64,000 nt of DNA from Vairimorpha necatrix (Eukaryota): NCBI GenBank assembly GCA_036630325.1, contig CP142728.1, forward strand, positions 558,001 to 622,000, in the 5' to 3' direction. The translations under genes and the position numbers were made by a program. Below, one piece after another: positions 45,672-57,479 of the stretch. How positions within the stretch are numbered: position 1 is the stretch's first letter; each line of letters opens with the position of its first letter. The notes beneath the pieces were generated by a model. That model made no database searches. It was not told where the DNA came from and worked only from the letters and a program-made list of their open reading frames with translations.

Positions 45672-46643
45672 TTATTTTGTATCAAATATTCTTCTTGATA
45701 TTGTGTTTATATCATATTCATAAATTTTATGTTCAGAAGATACAAATATTTTAAAGTCTTCTTCTGAGATTGTTGCTCCTGTTATTTGCACATCATCTCC
45801 TAGATTTACTAATTGACGTTTTTCGAAACTTCTAGCATCAAATATTGATAGGTAAGAAGATTGTTCAGTGAAAAATATCAAATCTAATGACTTTTTAATA
45901 CTGAAGAAGACATTTCGAACTGCTCCTTTATGAGTTCCTTGTTGTTTACTTCTTAAAATATATGACTTTTCGTCCGATCTCAAATCCCAAACACTAACAA
46001 ATCCATCTTGCGACGCAACAGCAAACTTATTTGAGAAATTATTCCAAGCAACACTAAAGCCACTGTCATTAATGGTCTTCAGTTTCTTTAAGAATCTATA
46101 ATTTGAATTTTCGATTACGTATAAAAATACATCATTCGAATCTCCTACCATTATAAGATATTTTCCATCAGGACTCACACTTGTATGATTTATTTGGCTA
46201 ATAAAATCAATAGTTTGTACTGAATCATTTTCTACAGATAGAATTCTTAATTTTCGATCATTATTCGACGCATAAATTTTTTTGTCGTGAATTGATATAT
46301 GGTTATTGATATTATCACTTAAAAAATAATATTTCGTTTCGTTATTAATTAAATTTTTGACGTATAACTGTCCTTTTCCTCCGCCTATTGCAAGAAAATC
46401 TTCTTCAACACACAAAGAAGCTGGGGGAAACGATAAATCTTCCGATAAAAGGAGTTTTGTTCTTGTTTTAGGATCATAAGAATACACCTTATTTGATTGT
46501 GGAAATATTAAATTTCCATTATGGATCTTTAGCATATCTTTAAGTTGCCAGTGTTGAGTTACTACTCCTTCATCATGAACTTTAAATTCGGGAAATATAA
46601 AATCCGAAACTTCGCGTATATCATTATTCTCTATTGTTGACAT
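45672..46643 (-). CDS. WD40-repeat protein (right copy)
   Basis: Protein identical to the left copy. Confidence 0.8.
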   Translation of the reverse strand: MSTIENNDIREVSDFIFPEFKVHDEGVVTQHWQLKDMLKIHNGNLIFPQSNKVYSYDPKTRTKLLLSEDLSFPPASLCVEEDFLAIGGGKGQLYVKNLINNETKYYFLSDNINNHISIHDKKIYASNNDRKLRILSVENDSVQTIDFISQINHTSVSPDGKYLIMVGDSNDVFLYVIENSNYRFLKKLKTINDSGFSVAWNNFSNKFAVASQDGFVSVWDLRSDEKSYILRSKQQGTHKGAVRNVFFSIKKSLDLIFFTEQSSYLSIFDARSFEKRQLVNLGDDVQITGATISEEDFKIFVSSEHKIYEYDINTISRRIFDTK

Positions 46644-46809
46644 AAACAATAACAATTTTGATTTTTTTATAGTCTACAAAAACAAAGCAATTTTTTAATA
46701 TTTGATAAATGAAATGTTTTATATTTTTTAAACTACAATTATTAGTAAAATTTGATAAATTGTTTATTAATTACAGTTAGGTTTTTAAAAATTTGTATTG
46801 TATTACAAT

Positions 46810-47364
46810 CTAATCAATAAAAAGTGTAAGCATCTGAAAAGCTTCTTTTTTTCTTGCGGCCAATTCTTTAAAATCTTCAAATGTAAAAAATCCACTTTTA
46901 TTATCACAACATTCAAAAAGCTCATCAATAGCCTTTTCTATGTCAATATGTGCGTCAAGAGTGTTACTAACCATGTCCATCATTGATTGTGCAATATTAA
47001 CTATCTCGTTTTTGGAAATGACCCCGTCACTATCCTCGTCATAAAACCGAAAAATCCATCTCAATTTTTCGAAATTGCTGCCTTTCATTAAAATACTGAA
47101 AGCAATTAAAAGTTCATGAAAGTCAATATAATCTGATTGACTTATATTAATTGTATTGAATAATCTTAATACAAATTTCTTGGGAGATCCAAAAGGAAAA
47201 AATCTTCTAAACATCATTTCTAAATCTTGTAATGTCATTTTTCCATTTGGAAATCTTGTCCTAAATTCATTTGACCATTCTTGTACATCTTTTGAGGGAA
47301 AATGAGAAAATTTTTTTGAGTCGTCTAAGTCGAAGTTTTTTAAAGTGCTCGATCTGTTGCCCAT
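46810..47364 (-). CDS. FRQ1: Frequenin/NCS-1-like protein (right copy)
   Basis: As the left copy, with one N/Y difference. Confidence 0.85.
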   Translation of the reverse strand: MGNRSSTLKNFDLDDSKKFSHFPSKDVQEWSNEFRTRFPNGKMTLQDLEMMFRRFFPFGSPKKFVLRLFNTINISQSDYIDFHELLIAFSILMKGSNFEKLRWIFRFYDEDSDGVISKNEIVNIAQSMMDMVSNTLDAHIDIEKAIDELFECCDNKSGFFTFEDFKELAARKKEAFQMLTLFID

Positions 47365-47458
47365 GGGTATAAAAAACAATAATTTATAATAACAATGTAA
47401 ACATTCTCAAATAAAAAAATTCATTTAAAAATAATTAATATCGTTTTTAATTTATTTT

Positions 47459-48685
47459 TTATTCTTCAGTTGGAGGTAAATTAAAATATGAAATTTTTCC
47501 TCTATTCCAATCATGTAAAATCGTCTTACTAATTAAATCAACATAAGGTCTATTACCTTTTGTAATCTTACCATATTTCACTGAAAATTTTTGAAATAAA
47601 TCTTCTATGTCTCTAAATTCAATTCTGTATAATTTAGATATTTCTGTTTTATATTTATTTGCTAATAATTCTACGTAATATTCTGGATTCTCAAGATTTT
47701 CTATACGAATAGCCCCCCTAAAAACAGCCTGTTCAAAATCAGGAATTGGGACGACTCCCGGGCAGTCTATCAAATAAATGCTACGGGTCAAAGTAATGTA
47801 TTGCCAAACTTTTGTCTCGCCAGGCACAGGTGCCACATTACATACATGTTTATTTCTAAGTGAATTAATTATACTACTTTTCCCACTATTTGGATACCCT
47901 ACAAATCCTACGCTTGTATGTTTTTTATTATACAAGTTATCAAGCTGTCTCAAAATATTTATTAAATTTGTCTTACCAAAATTATTTTCCAAAGACTGTG
48001 CGTGATAAGCCAAAGTGGTGTGTTTATTGGAAAAATATTTTAGCCATTTGGCAGTCACTCCTGTCGGAACCAAATCTACTTTATTTAGTAGGTAAATTAA
48101 ATGTTTATGTGGGGCTTCTTCTTTTATATATGTTGAAATCTTCTCACACATTGTACCAAGTGGATCTCTCGCATCTAAAACATGAATAATAACATCGCTG
48201 CTATCTAAAACTTTATATAGCTCTTTCCAAATTCTAGTACTTTGTCCTTTGACTGCATCTTTTTTAATTTCTTTTTTTTCGGCTATTACTTCATTTTTGC
48301 TTTTAGCCATTTCTTCTAAGCTTGTTACTAACAACTTTGGTTTTTTTCTTATTGCTTTCTTTCCGAAAATGCTGTCATATTCAACTGTATTTTTTTTCTT
48401 TTTATTTTCTGTAAGAAGTGAATATGGAACATTACCAGTCTTAAGAAGCACATTGTATGGTGTTTCAATTTTTGACGCCTCTCTAAATTTTTCAAGATCT
48501 AATTGAGAAACTGTTTTACTGGCTCTAAACCATTTTCTATCTGGATGAATTCTACCAGTCTTTGCTTTAGATTTTTGAAATTCTGCTGGTTTTATAATTT
48601 CAGCTCTTGAATTTCTTATTGGTTTATCACCTCTAATCATATTCAAGTACTTTATATTTTTTTTATTATAGAAATTTTCTTTCAT
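47459..48685 (-). CDS. NOG2: Nucleolar GTP-binding protein 2 (intact)
   Basis: 408 aa with RIHPDRKWF, KGQSTRIWKELYKVLDSSDV, DARDP, NKVD, GYPNSGKS and DCPG. Confidence 0.95.
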   Translation of the reverse strand: MKENFYNKKNIKYLNMIRGDKPIRNSRAEIIKPAEFQKSKAKTGRIHPDRKWFRASKTVSQLDLEKFREASKIETPYNVLLKTGNVPYSLLTENKKKKNTVEYDSIFGKKAIRKKPKLLVTSLEEMAKSKNEVIAEKKEIKKDAVKGQSTRIWKELYKVLDSSDVIIHVLDARDPLGTMCEKISTYIKEEAPHKHLIYLLNKVDLVPTGVTAKWLKYFSNKHTTLAYHAQSLENNFGKTNLINILRQLDNLYNKKHTSVGFVGYPNSGKSSIINSLRNKHVCNVAPVPGETKVWQYITLTRSIYLIDCPGVVPIPDFEQAVFRGAIRIENLENPEYYVELLANKYKTEISKLYRIEFRDIEDLFQKFSVKYGKITKGNRPYVDLISKTILHDWNRGKISYFNLPPTEE

Positions 48686-48715
48686 TTTTTATGGGATAAA
48701 AAAAAACATAACATT

Positions 48716-48913
48716 TTATTTTAATTCTTTGTACGCACGATTCAAAATTCCTTCAACTCGTGATTTAAGACCAACAGCTCCATCTTCAGTAATAAATACA
48801 AGAAAATCATTAATATTTTCAATAATAAAATTTTCATTTTCTCCAATAGAGCAAATGACTTCTTTAATACTTGGCTCAGTTTTTACTAAATAACCTTTTG
48901 TGATTGAAACCAT
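48716..48913 (-). CDS. TFB5: TFIIH subunit TFB5 (right copy)
   Basis: Protein identical to 16042-16239. Confidence 0.85.
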   Translation of the reverse strand: MVSITKGYLVKTEPSIKEVICSIGENENFIIENINDFLVFITEDGAVGLKSRVEGILNRAYKELK

Positions 48914-50320
48914 TAGGGGTAAAAATATAAAATAAAAAATAATTTTTTACATTAATGAAAAACGGTAAATTTAATATATGTTAAAATAAATATAAATTCA
49001 AAAAAATTAAACGGGTAAAATATGTTACAATTAATACTTCTTATAGATCATAGGAATTTATATAAATTTGTTTATATTCAATAAATTTAATACATATAAA
49101 CTGCCTTATTGAATTTAAGCTTTAAATATTTTGTCTAGTATAACATATTTCAAATAAATTAAATCAACAATTAAAGATTTAAATATTTATTTTTAATTTG
49201 TACAAAAAAATTAACTTAAGCGCACAAGAAGATTATATATTAATCGATTATGGGTCTGTAACCATTAAGTACATTCACTTAGTTTTATTACACTAAGAAC
49301 ATTGCCAATAGGCGGTACTAGTTAAGTTTCTTATTTTTAAAGTGTGACACAATTGGCTTACATAGTATGAGTTGTAAGTTTTTATAACAATTGCAACTAA
49401 TGTTTTATTTCTTGGATATATAATAACTTTAGATCAGCTCAAAAATCAATGTAAATTATTTTTAAGTTTTTGTATGTTTTATTTTCTAAAATTGTAAGAT
49501 TTAAAAAATTTTTTATGCGGCAATGCAAAACAAAAACATTTCAAGAGGCGATTAGTAGTCTGCGGCGTTTAACTGACCAAAAATTTAATCCGAATATAAG
49601 CATTTTTGAATTAAATTATATTGTTAGTTGAAAACACTTGCAGCTATTTATGAAGTTTTTTTTTATTGTTTCGAACTTTTGTGATTCTTAAACTATAATG
49701 AGCATATATTAGTAGAAAACCAAACTAATAAATAAATATTAATGTTTTTTTACATAAATTAGAACGCTATATAGTGCAACAATGATTTTCTCAAGACATA
49801 GGAGTTTAATTTTATAAAATACATACATATCTAAATTTTTTAAAATATGTAAAAATTGGTTCGTTGATTAGTACTAATCAAATAATATACTTTAAGAATA
49901 TATTGAAATTTATAAATATAAAATTAATTGACTTCTATGAAATTAAAACAATGCAATTAACAGGCTTGAGACTTGATCTAAGTAGTTAAAATTTATTGAA
50001 TTTATATACATGCTTGTTTCTTAATGGCTTTTTTTAAATAATATATTAAATAAATTATTTGAGGTTACAGAAAAACGAGAAATAAGTTTACGAATGGTTT
50101 CTATCCTATAATGATACTGTTATCGCCATTGATTTGCATGTGTCGCATGCAATGTAATTTTTTTGTTTTTTCTTGGACTTTGGACATTGTACATAATTAA
50201 TAAAGCTAGAGTAAAAAGAATAGTAGGTTAAAAGGCATATTTGACATATTAATTTTTACAAAATATAAAGTAAATTTTTCAAAATTACTAAAAAAACATA
50301 TATTGTTACCCCAAAGTTAG

Positions 50321-51883
50321 ATGTTTCTCATTTTATTCAATTACTTACATTTAAAGGCATCACACACACAAAAAGAAAAAGAAGATAAGACTCTATTTTT
50401 GCAAGATTCATCTGAAAATGTTAAGGATACAATTTTTGAAGAATTTTTAAGTAATAACGAAGATTTTCAATTTGATTTTAAGCCTTTTGTTCCATCAGAA
50501 ACACTTAAAAAATCTCCTGTTCAAGGTTGTAAAATTTTGAAAAACCTAGAATTAAAAAACGAAAAAAGTACAAAAATTCCCATGAGCCAATCTTTTTATA
50601 AGTTTTATTCCGTAAAAAATCAATATAATGATAAAACAAATGTTATTGATTTATCTATTAAATCAAGGATACCAATGTATGACTACAATTCATTGAAAAA
50701 TAAATCTAAACAAAAAGATCAAAATTTGATTAAAAACGAGCTTGAAGTTAAAGCTACAAAGAACAATCAACATGATTCAAAAACAAAAATGTCGGATACT
50801 TCGGGGAATCAAACAGAAAATAGCACTATAGAGTGTTTAATCTCGAAATATTTTGAGAAAAAAGATAATACCCAGAAAAACAAATATGAAAATCCATATT
50901 GGTTATTTTTTTTTGAAGAGGATTTTTTTAAAGAAATGTTAATTTCAGAACATTCAAGTTATATCGAGAATCTTAAATCATCTTATGTGACATTAAAAGG
51001 TTTAATTAAAACTATAACCGAAAGACTTGTCCTTTATAAAACTAAAAATGAACTAAAACTATATAAAATTAAAATAATAGATCAAAATTTAAATTCTATT
51101 ATGGATTTTTATCGTAAATGTATAAGACAATTATATTTTACGATTTGGAACATGTCTTTGTTTGACGAGTTACAAAATCAACAAGATTTAATACAGTCGC
51201 TTATCAAACTAGAAAGCCAAAAATATATTTTTTCGGATTATATAAAAAAATCTTTGATGTCTTTTGATGATAAAATTATACTAGATTCAAAATTAGGCGA
51301 GTTACAAATCAAAACTAAAGAGTTTAATGCTATCTTTGAAAATGAATTTACATTTATATTCAATATATCAAAAATATTTAGGCAAAAAATTATTGAATTT
51401 GATAGTTCTTGTAATTTTTATAGTAATCGTATAAAAATCTTTGAATATATATATGCACTCTCGTATTTGGAGTCTCATTTTAATGAAATGAAGTCAAAAT
51501 TTAAAATTGTAAGTCGTCCACAACTTCCAGAAATTGACATGGTTTTTATGTTTAGTCTAGAATATTTTTTGGATTTTGAAAATAGAGATATCTTAGAATA
51601 TTGGATTAGAATAAGTAAACTCATTTTCGCCATAAAGAAAGAATCAAATCTCATATTTTTTCAATATAGCACGTCCTTGACTGCACAGACCATGGAAGTT
51701 ATCAGAATTCTGATGAAATCAAGAAAAAACAAGTCAAAAATCCACAACTTAATTTGTGATGGAATGTTTATTCCGTTCATCCAGGAATTAATAATAAAAT
51801 TAGACGTTCCCTTCTTAGATGATATTGAAACTATATTAAACGACTCTATACAAAGATATATTTGTTCGAAAACAAATCATTAA
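50321..51883 (+). CDS. Hypothetical 520-aa protein, possibly secreted (intact)
   Basis: Long ORF with a CCCC motif upstream and a short hydrophobic N-terminus. No recognised domain. Confidence 0.75.
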   Translation: MFLILFNYLHLKASHTQKEKEDKTLFLQDSSENVKDTIFEEFLSNNEDFQFDFKPFVPSETLKKSPVQGCKILKNLELKNEKSTKIPMSQSFYKFYSVKNQYNDKTNVIDLSIKSRIPMYDYNSLKNKSKQKDQNLIKNELEVKATKNNQHDSKTKMSDTSGNQTENSTIECLISKYFEKKDNTQKNKYENPYWLFFFEEDFFKEMLISEHSSYIENLKSSYVTLKGLIKTITERLVLYKTKNELKLYKIKIIDQNLNSIMDFYRKCIRQLYFTIWNMSLFDELQNQQDLIQSLIKLESQKYIFSDYIKKSLMSFDDKIILDSKLGELQIKTKEFNAIFENEFTFIFNISKIFRQKIIEFDSSCNFYSNRIKIFEYIYALSYLESHFNEMKSKFKIVSRPQLPEIDMVFMFSLEYFLDFENRDILEYWIRISKLIFAIKKESNLIFFQYSTSLTAQTMEVIRILMKSRKNKSKIHNLICDGMFIPFIQELIIKLDVPFLDDIETILNDSIQRYICSKTNH

Positions 51884-52126
51884 ACAATTTTTTTTAGTAT
51901 TTAAATGTTATCAAACAATTATATAATAAATATTATTTTTACTTGTAATATGTATGATCATTTTTTTTTGTATTGATTTTAAAAATTTAACTCTGGTTAG
52001 AAATTAAATTAATCAATCAAAAAATATCAATTACACTAAAATTTGTAATTTAACCATACATTCTTATTAAACCAATAAATCAAAAAAAATTAATTTGCTA
52101 AAAAAAAAAAAATAATACTACCCCCT

Positions 52127-53692
52127 ATGGGTGTAAAAGGGCTATGGAAACTTATAAGTAACTGTGCTGAAGAACATACGCCTCACAACACCACTCTGGC
52201 TCTTGATACAAGTATATGGATACATCAATATAAAGGAATGCCAGAAACTGAAGTAATCTACTACGTATCAAAAAAAATTATAAAATTGTTGTATCACGAA
52301 ATAAGACCAGTATTTATTTTTGACGGCGCACCAAATCCTTTAAAACGTAAAGTAATAGAAGAAAGAAAAAAGGAAAACTTGGATAAATTAGTTAAAGATA
52401 TTATAAATAACGAAATATGCAAAAAATGCAAGATTAAAATAAGAATGTGTATACATGGCGGATTGATCAAAGACGAATTTGAAGAAGGCACTTTAAAGGG
52501 ACTTCATGAATGGGGAAAAAATATTAAAGAGGAGAAGCAAGAAAATAAAAAAATATCAACTGATTCTGATTTTTATAATACGGAAAATATCTTAAAATTT
52601 TTAGATTTAAAAAAATATTCAAATTCGCAGAAATTAAAAATGCTCGTAAAAATGAGAGAACGTAGAAAACAACGATTTAATATTGATAAAAAATCAATGA
52701 CAGATTTTTCAAAGTTGCAAATAAAAAATGTTAAAAACAGAAATTTAGTGAGTTTTTATATAAAAAAACTAGAAACAGAAAAACAAAAAAAAATCAATTC
52801 CGATTGTAATAAAAGTTTTTTTTTAAAAACTAATAAAAAAACGATACCAATGAGAAATGAAAATAGTTCTGATGGGGATATTAATGATTTTTTAGAAATA
52901 GATGAGACAAATTCACATCGAAATATAGATGATAATTATGTAATCCCGATAAAAAAAATTAAAAACGATTTTTCAGATGAAATTGTAGCCATTTGTAAAA
53001 CTAAAAATGAAAAATTTAGTGAAGGTTTCTTTGCTGAAGAAAATAATTACGAAGCAGACAATGAGACAAATGAAATAAATTACGATTTTTCACAAGGAAA
53101 AACAATAAAAATTTCTAAAATCGATTCTAATTTAAATGAACCAATGGATTTTTTAAATGTTTTGTCTATAATAAAAGAAATTATAAATGCATTCAATTTG
53201 CCATATTTGGATTCTCCTTCTGAATCTGACGCTGAATGTGGGTTTCTTTATAGAGCTGGTGTTATCGACGGAGTTATCACAGAAGATAATGACATTCTTT
53301 TACACGGAGGTGTTGTATATAAGAATTTTTTTCGTAAAAATAAAAATATTTTACGCTATGATCCGAAAAGAATAGAAGAAGTCAAAGGATTGTCTACTTT
53401 TGATCTTATTGATTTGGGATTTGTATTGGGTTCAGATTACACAGTTGGAATAAAAGGTATAGGAATTAAAAATGCAGAAAAATATATTAAATCTGAAAAT
53501 TTCAAAAATATAGATATACAATCATATCGAAATATTTATTTGAATTGTCCTATTAGGGAAGACTGGAGACCAAAATTTAAAACATTAGAATTTGAAAAAA
53601 TAGTGCAATTTTTTGTAAACAAAGGAATAGATAAAGAGAAAATCGATGAGCTTAAATTTTATCTCTTATCCAAACAAAAACAAAATGTTTAA
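52127..53692 (+). CDS. RAD2: RAD2/XPG-family structure-specific endonuclease (intact)
   Basis: XPG-N (MGVKGLW, LDTSIW, PVFIFDG), a spacer, and XPG-I/H3TH (ESDAECG, TEDNDILLHG, GSDYTVGIKGIG). Confidence 0.9.
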   Translation: MGVKGLWKLISNCAEEHTPHNTTLALDTSIWIHQYKGMPETEVIYYVSKKIIKLLYHEIRPVFIFDGAPNPLKRKVIEERKKENLDKLVKDIINNEICKKCKIKIRMCIHGGLIKDEFEEGTLKGLHEWGKNIKEEKQENKKISTDSDFYNTENILKFLDLKKYSNSQKLKMLVKMRERRKQRFNIDKKSMTDFSKLQIKNVKNRNLVSFYIKKLETEKQKKINSDCNKSFFLKTNKKTIPMRNENSSDGDINDFLEIDETNSHRNIDDNYVIPIKKIKNDFSDEIVAICKTKNEKFSEGFFAEENNYEADNETNEINYDFSQGKTIKISKIDSNLNEPMDFLNVLSIIKEIINAFNLPYLDSPSESDAECGFLYRAGVIDGVITEDNDILLHGGVVYKNFFRKNKNILRYDPKRIEEVKGLSTFDLIDLGFVLGSDYTVGIKGIGIKNAEKYIKSENFKNIDIQSYRNIYLNCPIREDWRPKFKTLEFEKIVQFFVNKGIDKEKIDELKFYLLSKQKQNV

Positions 53693-53712
53693 AGATTGTA
53701 AAAATTTTATTT

Positions 53713-54702
53713 TTATATTATCATATGTGCAGCCTTTTTCACTCTGTCCATAATCGCTTCTCCTTCCATTTCTATAGAAACTCCTTTTGTTATTATAATA
53801 TCACATGTCTCGTCTAGCTTTCGTAACCCCTTAAATAAATTCATAGCTACCTCGTATGGTTTATTGCCTAAATAAATAGTTTCACAATCTTGTTCTCTTT
53901 TTATTTTTGGTTTAAAATCGTAGTGTGTTAATATCCCTACTTTTTTATACTCTTTAACTAATTCTTCAATATTAACTGAATCACTAATTATCAAAACAAA
54001 TTTATTATTTGGACTATAATGTTTATATTTTTGACCTGGGCAGATTTGTTGATTTCCTATCTTTTTAACGGAATAATTTATATTGATTTTTTCACCTATT
54101 AGTTTTTCTAAAACTTCAATGCAAATTCCACCCGGTCTGAGTATCGCAGGACTATCTAAATAGGTAAAAACCGTCGACTCTAGACCGACTCTACATTCGC
54201 CGCCATCTAAATAAAGAGGACATTCTTCACCAAAATCATCAATAGTGTGTTGGACGCACGAAGGACTTGGTTTTCCACTGAGATTTGCTGAAGGTGCAGC
54301 TAAAGGAATGTTGAGTTTTTCAATAATTTCCAAAATAACTTTATTGTCTGGCATTCTTACTAAAATTGTATCTAGTCCAGCTGTGACTGTACGAGAAACA
54401 TTTTTATTGGCTTTAAAAAGCAGTGATATTGGGCCAGGCCAAAAGTTTTCTATTATTTTTTCATAGACTTTAGGTATTTCTCCCTCAATGACTGTTTTTA
54501 ACATCTCAATAGAAGAAACATGCACTATAAGTGGATTATCCGAAGGACGACGTTTTAATTTATAAATATTTTTTAAAGCATTTTCATTGTTTATTGCGGC
54601 TGCTAATCCATAGACGGTTTCTGTTGGTATAACAACTACGTCCTTTTCAAAATAATGAAGTATTTTATTAATATCTAAATTTTCAATTGATAGAATTTTC
54701 AT
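53713..54702 (-). CDS. SUA5: Threonylcarbamoyl-AMP synthase (right copy)
   Basis: As the left copy. Confidence 0.95.
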   Translation of the reverse strand: MKILSIENLDINKILHYFEKDVVVIPTETVYGLAAAINNENALKNIYKLKRRPSDNPLIVHVSSIEMLKTVIEGEIPKVYEKIIENFWPGPISLLFKANKNVSRTVTAGLDTILVRMPDNKVILEIIEKLNIPLAAPSANLSGKPSPSCVQHTIDDFGEECPLYLDGGECRVGLESTVFTYLDSPAILRPGGICIEVLEKLIGEKININYSVKKIGNQQICPGQKYKHYSPNNKFVLIISDSVNIEELVKEYKKVGILTHYDFKPKIKREQDCETIYLGNKPYEVAMNLFKGLRKLDETCDIIITKGVSIEMEGEAIMDRVKKAAHMII

Positions 54703-54762
54703 GGGTTTAAAATATTTCTTAAAAATAATACCGTTATTTTTTTCATTTAGTTCCCCTCTTAA

Positions 54763-55974
54763 ATGAAGCAACATTTTTTGTACGAACATCCCAAAGGATA
54801 TTTATTATTCGAAATGAATGAATACGAAGACTTATCTCAAGGATCATATCAAGAATATATGAAACTAACACAAGTTGTGAATTTAACAGCTAAGTTTGAA
54901 TTTGCAGATGTACAAATGGCCACTCAAAATATCCAAATTCTTTGCAATAATAAATTACCAAAAGAATTAGAAAACTTTCTAGAACTTAATAATGTAAAAA
55001 TTTTACATTGTGATTCGTCTTTAAAACAAGCACTTAAAGAAATAAAAATTAAACAAAAAAATAGTATAAATATTTATAGAGGAATAAAATATAATGAGCA
55101 TCGATTTCATAAGTCTGAAATTGATCTTCAATTCATTTTAGGAGTAGCTCACACTTTTTCAAGAAATAAAGTCGAATACAACAGTAAAAAAGAAGATAAT
55201 ATTTTGATACACACAGTTAACATGTTAGAACAACTAGAAAAAGATATTAATAGTTATTCTATGAGAATTAAAGAGTTATTTGGTTGGAGTTTTCCTGAAT
55301 TATATTGTGCTTGTGACAGTATTGATGAATACATTGCAGCAGTAATTTTTTTTACAACTGAAAATAAAAATGAAAATATTAAAAATGAAAAGATTGACGA
55401 ATTAATAAAATTAAAAGATAATTCAATAGGAATTAAAATCAACGAAGTTGATATGATAAATATAAAAAATTTATGTGATATTATCAATGAAAAAATTAAT
55501 ATAAAAAATAGTCTAAAAAAATATTTAAAAGAGAAAATGTTGACGATATCTCCAAATCTTACTGAATTATTAGGAGACATGATGTCTGCTAAATTAATTG
55601 TTTTATGTGGCGGATTGTGTAATTTAGCAAAAGCCACAGCATCTACAATTCAATTATTAGGAGCAGAAAAAAGTCTTTTTCAAGCTCTTAAATCAAAATC
55701 AGATACTCCGAAATACGGAATAATCTTTTATTCTAAATTGGTATCAAAAACACAAATGAAAAATAAAGCGAAATTTTGTAGATTTCTTGCTTCAAAAATT
55801 TCTATTTTAGCAAAAATTGATTGTTTCTCGGTAAACAGGACTAATGCGTACGGAGTAGCTATAAAAAAGGTGGTTAAGAAAAAAATTAAATCATTTGATA
55901 ATGACAAACAAATAGAAAAAACTGATGAAATCATGTCGAGAGTTTATAAAAAGTTAAAGACATGTGAAAAATAA
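54763..55974 (+). CDS. NOP56: NOP56 (right copy)
   Basis: As the left copy. Confidence 0.9.
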   Translation: MKQHFLYEHPKGYLLFEMNEYEDLSQGSYQEYMKLTQVVNLTAKFEFADVQMATQNIQILCNNKLPKELENFLELNNVKILHCDSSLKQALKEIKIKQKNSINIYRGIKYNEHRFHKSEIDLQFILGVAHTFSRNKVEYNSKKEDNILIHTVNMLEQLEKDINSYSMRIKELFGWSFPELYCACDSIDEYIAAVIFFTTENKNENIKNEKIDELIKLKDNSIGIKINEVDMINIKNLCDIINEKINIKNSLKKYLKEKMLTISPNLTELLGDMMSAKLIVLCGGLCNLAKATASTIQLLGAEKSLFQALKSKSDTPKYGIIFYSKLVSKTQMKNKAKFCRFLASKISILAKIDCFSVNRTNAYGVAIKKVVKKKIKSFDNDKQIEKTDEIMSRVYKKLKTCEK

Positions 55975-56024
55975 ATAAAAAATTTTATTTTTTTAGATTT
56001 AAAAATTTTCATCTTATTCCCTTT

Positions 56025-56504
56025 ATGAAAGAAGAGGAATTGCAAAACATTATTTATGAGTTACTTTCTACGGGAATGTATAAAAGTAATATAAAAAATC
56101 TAAATGAAGTTGTTTCAATTTTACGTAAAATACATTTTGATGTAGTTGAATGGTATGATAAATCTTGTTATATTCTTGTTAGCACTGGAGGTAATCAAGA
56201 GCTTATTCTCGGGTACAATGAAGAGGAAAATAAAGAAATAATAGAGATATTCGAAAAAATAATATTTGATAAAGAAGTACAAGGGAATTTATTAAGTTTA
56301 CTAGTTGAAAATGATTGGTTAAGTATTGATGAAAATAATAAGTACATTTTGGGTAAACGGGCTTTAGTAATTTTTAAAAATAAAATTTTAGAAGCCGATG
56401 GAATTTACAAAAAATGTAAATTTTGTGAATTTTTAGTCCGTAGAGAAGAAGCACATGATTATTGTCAAAAAATATTTGATGAGAAAAATTGTCTTTTAAA
56501 TTAA
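56025..56504 (+). CDS. NSE1-like protein (right copy)
   Basis: As the left copy, but ends NCLLN rather than NCF. Confidence 0.55.
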   Translation: MKEEELQNIIYELLSTGMYKSNIKNLNEVVSILRKIHFDVVEWYDKSCYILVSTGGNQELILGYNEEENKEIIEIFEKIIFDKEVQGNLLSLLVENDWLSIDENNKYILGKRALVIFKNKILEADGIYKKCKFCEFLVRREEAHDYCQKIFDEKNCLLN

Positions 56505-56521
56505 ATTTTTTTATCCTCTTT

Positions 56522-56908
56522 ATGTTAAAAATAAATTTCCCATTTCTTATTAATGAATTTAATACTTCTTTGAAAGTTAAAACAAATTTAGAACGAAAAG
56601 AAAATCTAGTCACATTTAGTTTAGAATATAAAATGATTATAAAAATAAATAATTCCAAATGTATTTCAATACAGAAATGCGGAGATGTTTACGTGTACGT
56701 ATTCGAATTTGAAAAAATTAATGATGCTATAGATTTTATAGAAATAAAAGAATGCGAAGTTACCAGTTCAAGTTTTTTCTCTGATCCCAAAGAAATTGAA
56801 CAAGAGAATGTCGAATATGCTGAAATTTATGTAAATTCTGGTGGAGCAAAAAAGAAACAAAAAAAGAGACTTGTTGAAGACGAAAACGGATTTCAAAGGT
56901 ACATATAA
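56522..56908 (+). CDS. Hypothetical protein, possibly RRP7-like (right copy)
   Basis: As the left copy. Confidence 0.55.
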   Translation: MLKINFPFLINEFNTSLKVKTNLERKENLVTFSLEYKMIIKINNSKCISIQKCGDVYVYVFEFEKINDAIDFIEIKECEVTSSSFFSDPKEIEQENVEYAEIYVNSGGAKKKQKKRLVEDENGFQRYI

Positions 56909-56943
56909 AAAACAAACTAAAAAATTTTCAAGTTAAATTTTTT

Positions 56944-57333
56944 TTATTCAAATAATTTTTTACTCTCTGGTGATGCAATAATTAAAGGAGGTTCTTCTTC
57001 TGTGTTGTCATTTTTTGATTCTTCTGCTTGTTTATTTTTATAAGATTCGTCTGCTTGTTTATTTTTATTAGATTCGTCTTCTTGTTTATTTTTTTTACTA
57101 GAAGATTCGTCTGCTTGTTTATTTTTATCATTAAAAGATTCGTCTTCTTCTTCTTTATTATTCTTGTCACTGGATTTATTGTCAGCATTAGATCGATTTG
57201 CTCTTATCTGATCTATAAGATTTTTTTTTCTACCATAAAATGGGACAGTTATTGTCAATCCAATCATAAATAATAACCATAGTAATAAAAATAGTAAAAA
57301 AATCGATTTTAACATCTCCACTTTATGATTCAT
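56944..57333 (-). CDS. Membrane-anchored repeat protein (right copy, 129 aa)
   Basis: As the left copy, with a different repeat number. Confidence 0.7.
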   Translation of the reverse strand: MNHKVEMLKSIFLLFLLLWLLFMIGLTITVPFYGRKKNLIDQIRANRSNADNKSSDKNNKEEEDESFNDKNKQADESSSKKNKQEDESNKNKQADESYKNKQAEESKNDNTEEEPPLIIASPESKKLFE

Positions 57334-57479
57334 AAATTTTGTTTATAAGTTTCATTGTTGATGACGTGTCATAGATGTTGTATCAAAATATTTAACTGAC
57401 CAGAACGAAAATTTATTTTTTATAAAAAAAATTTAACGTTCATTAATTTGTGCAAAATAATTTTTAAAATATTTTTTAA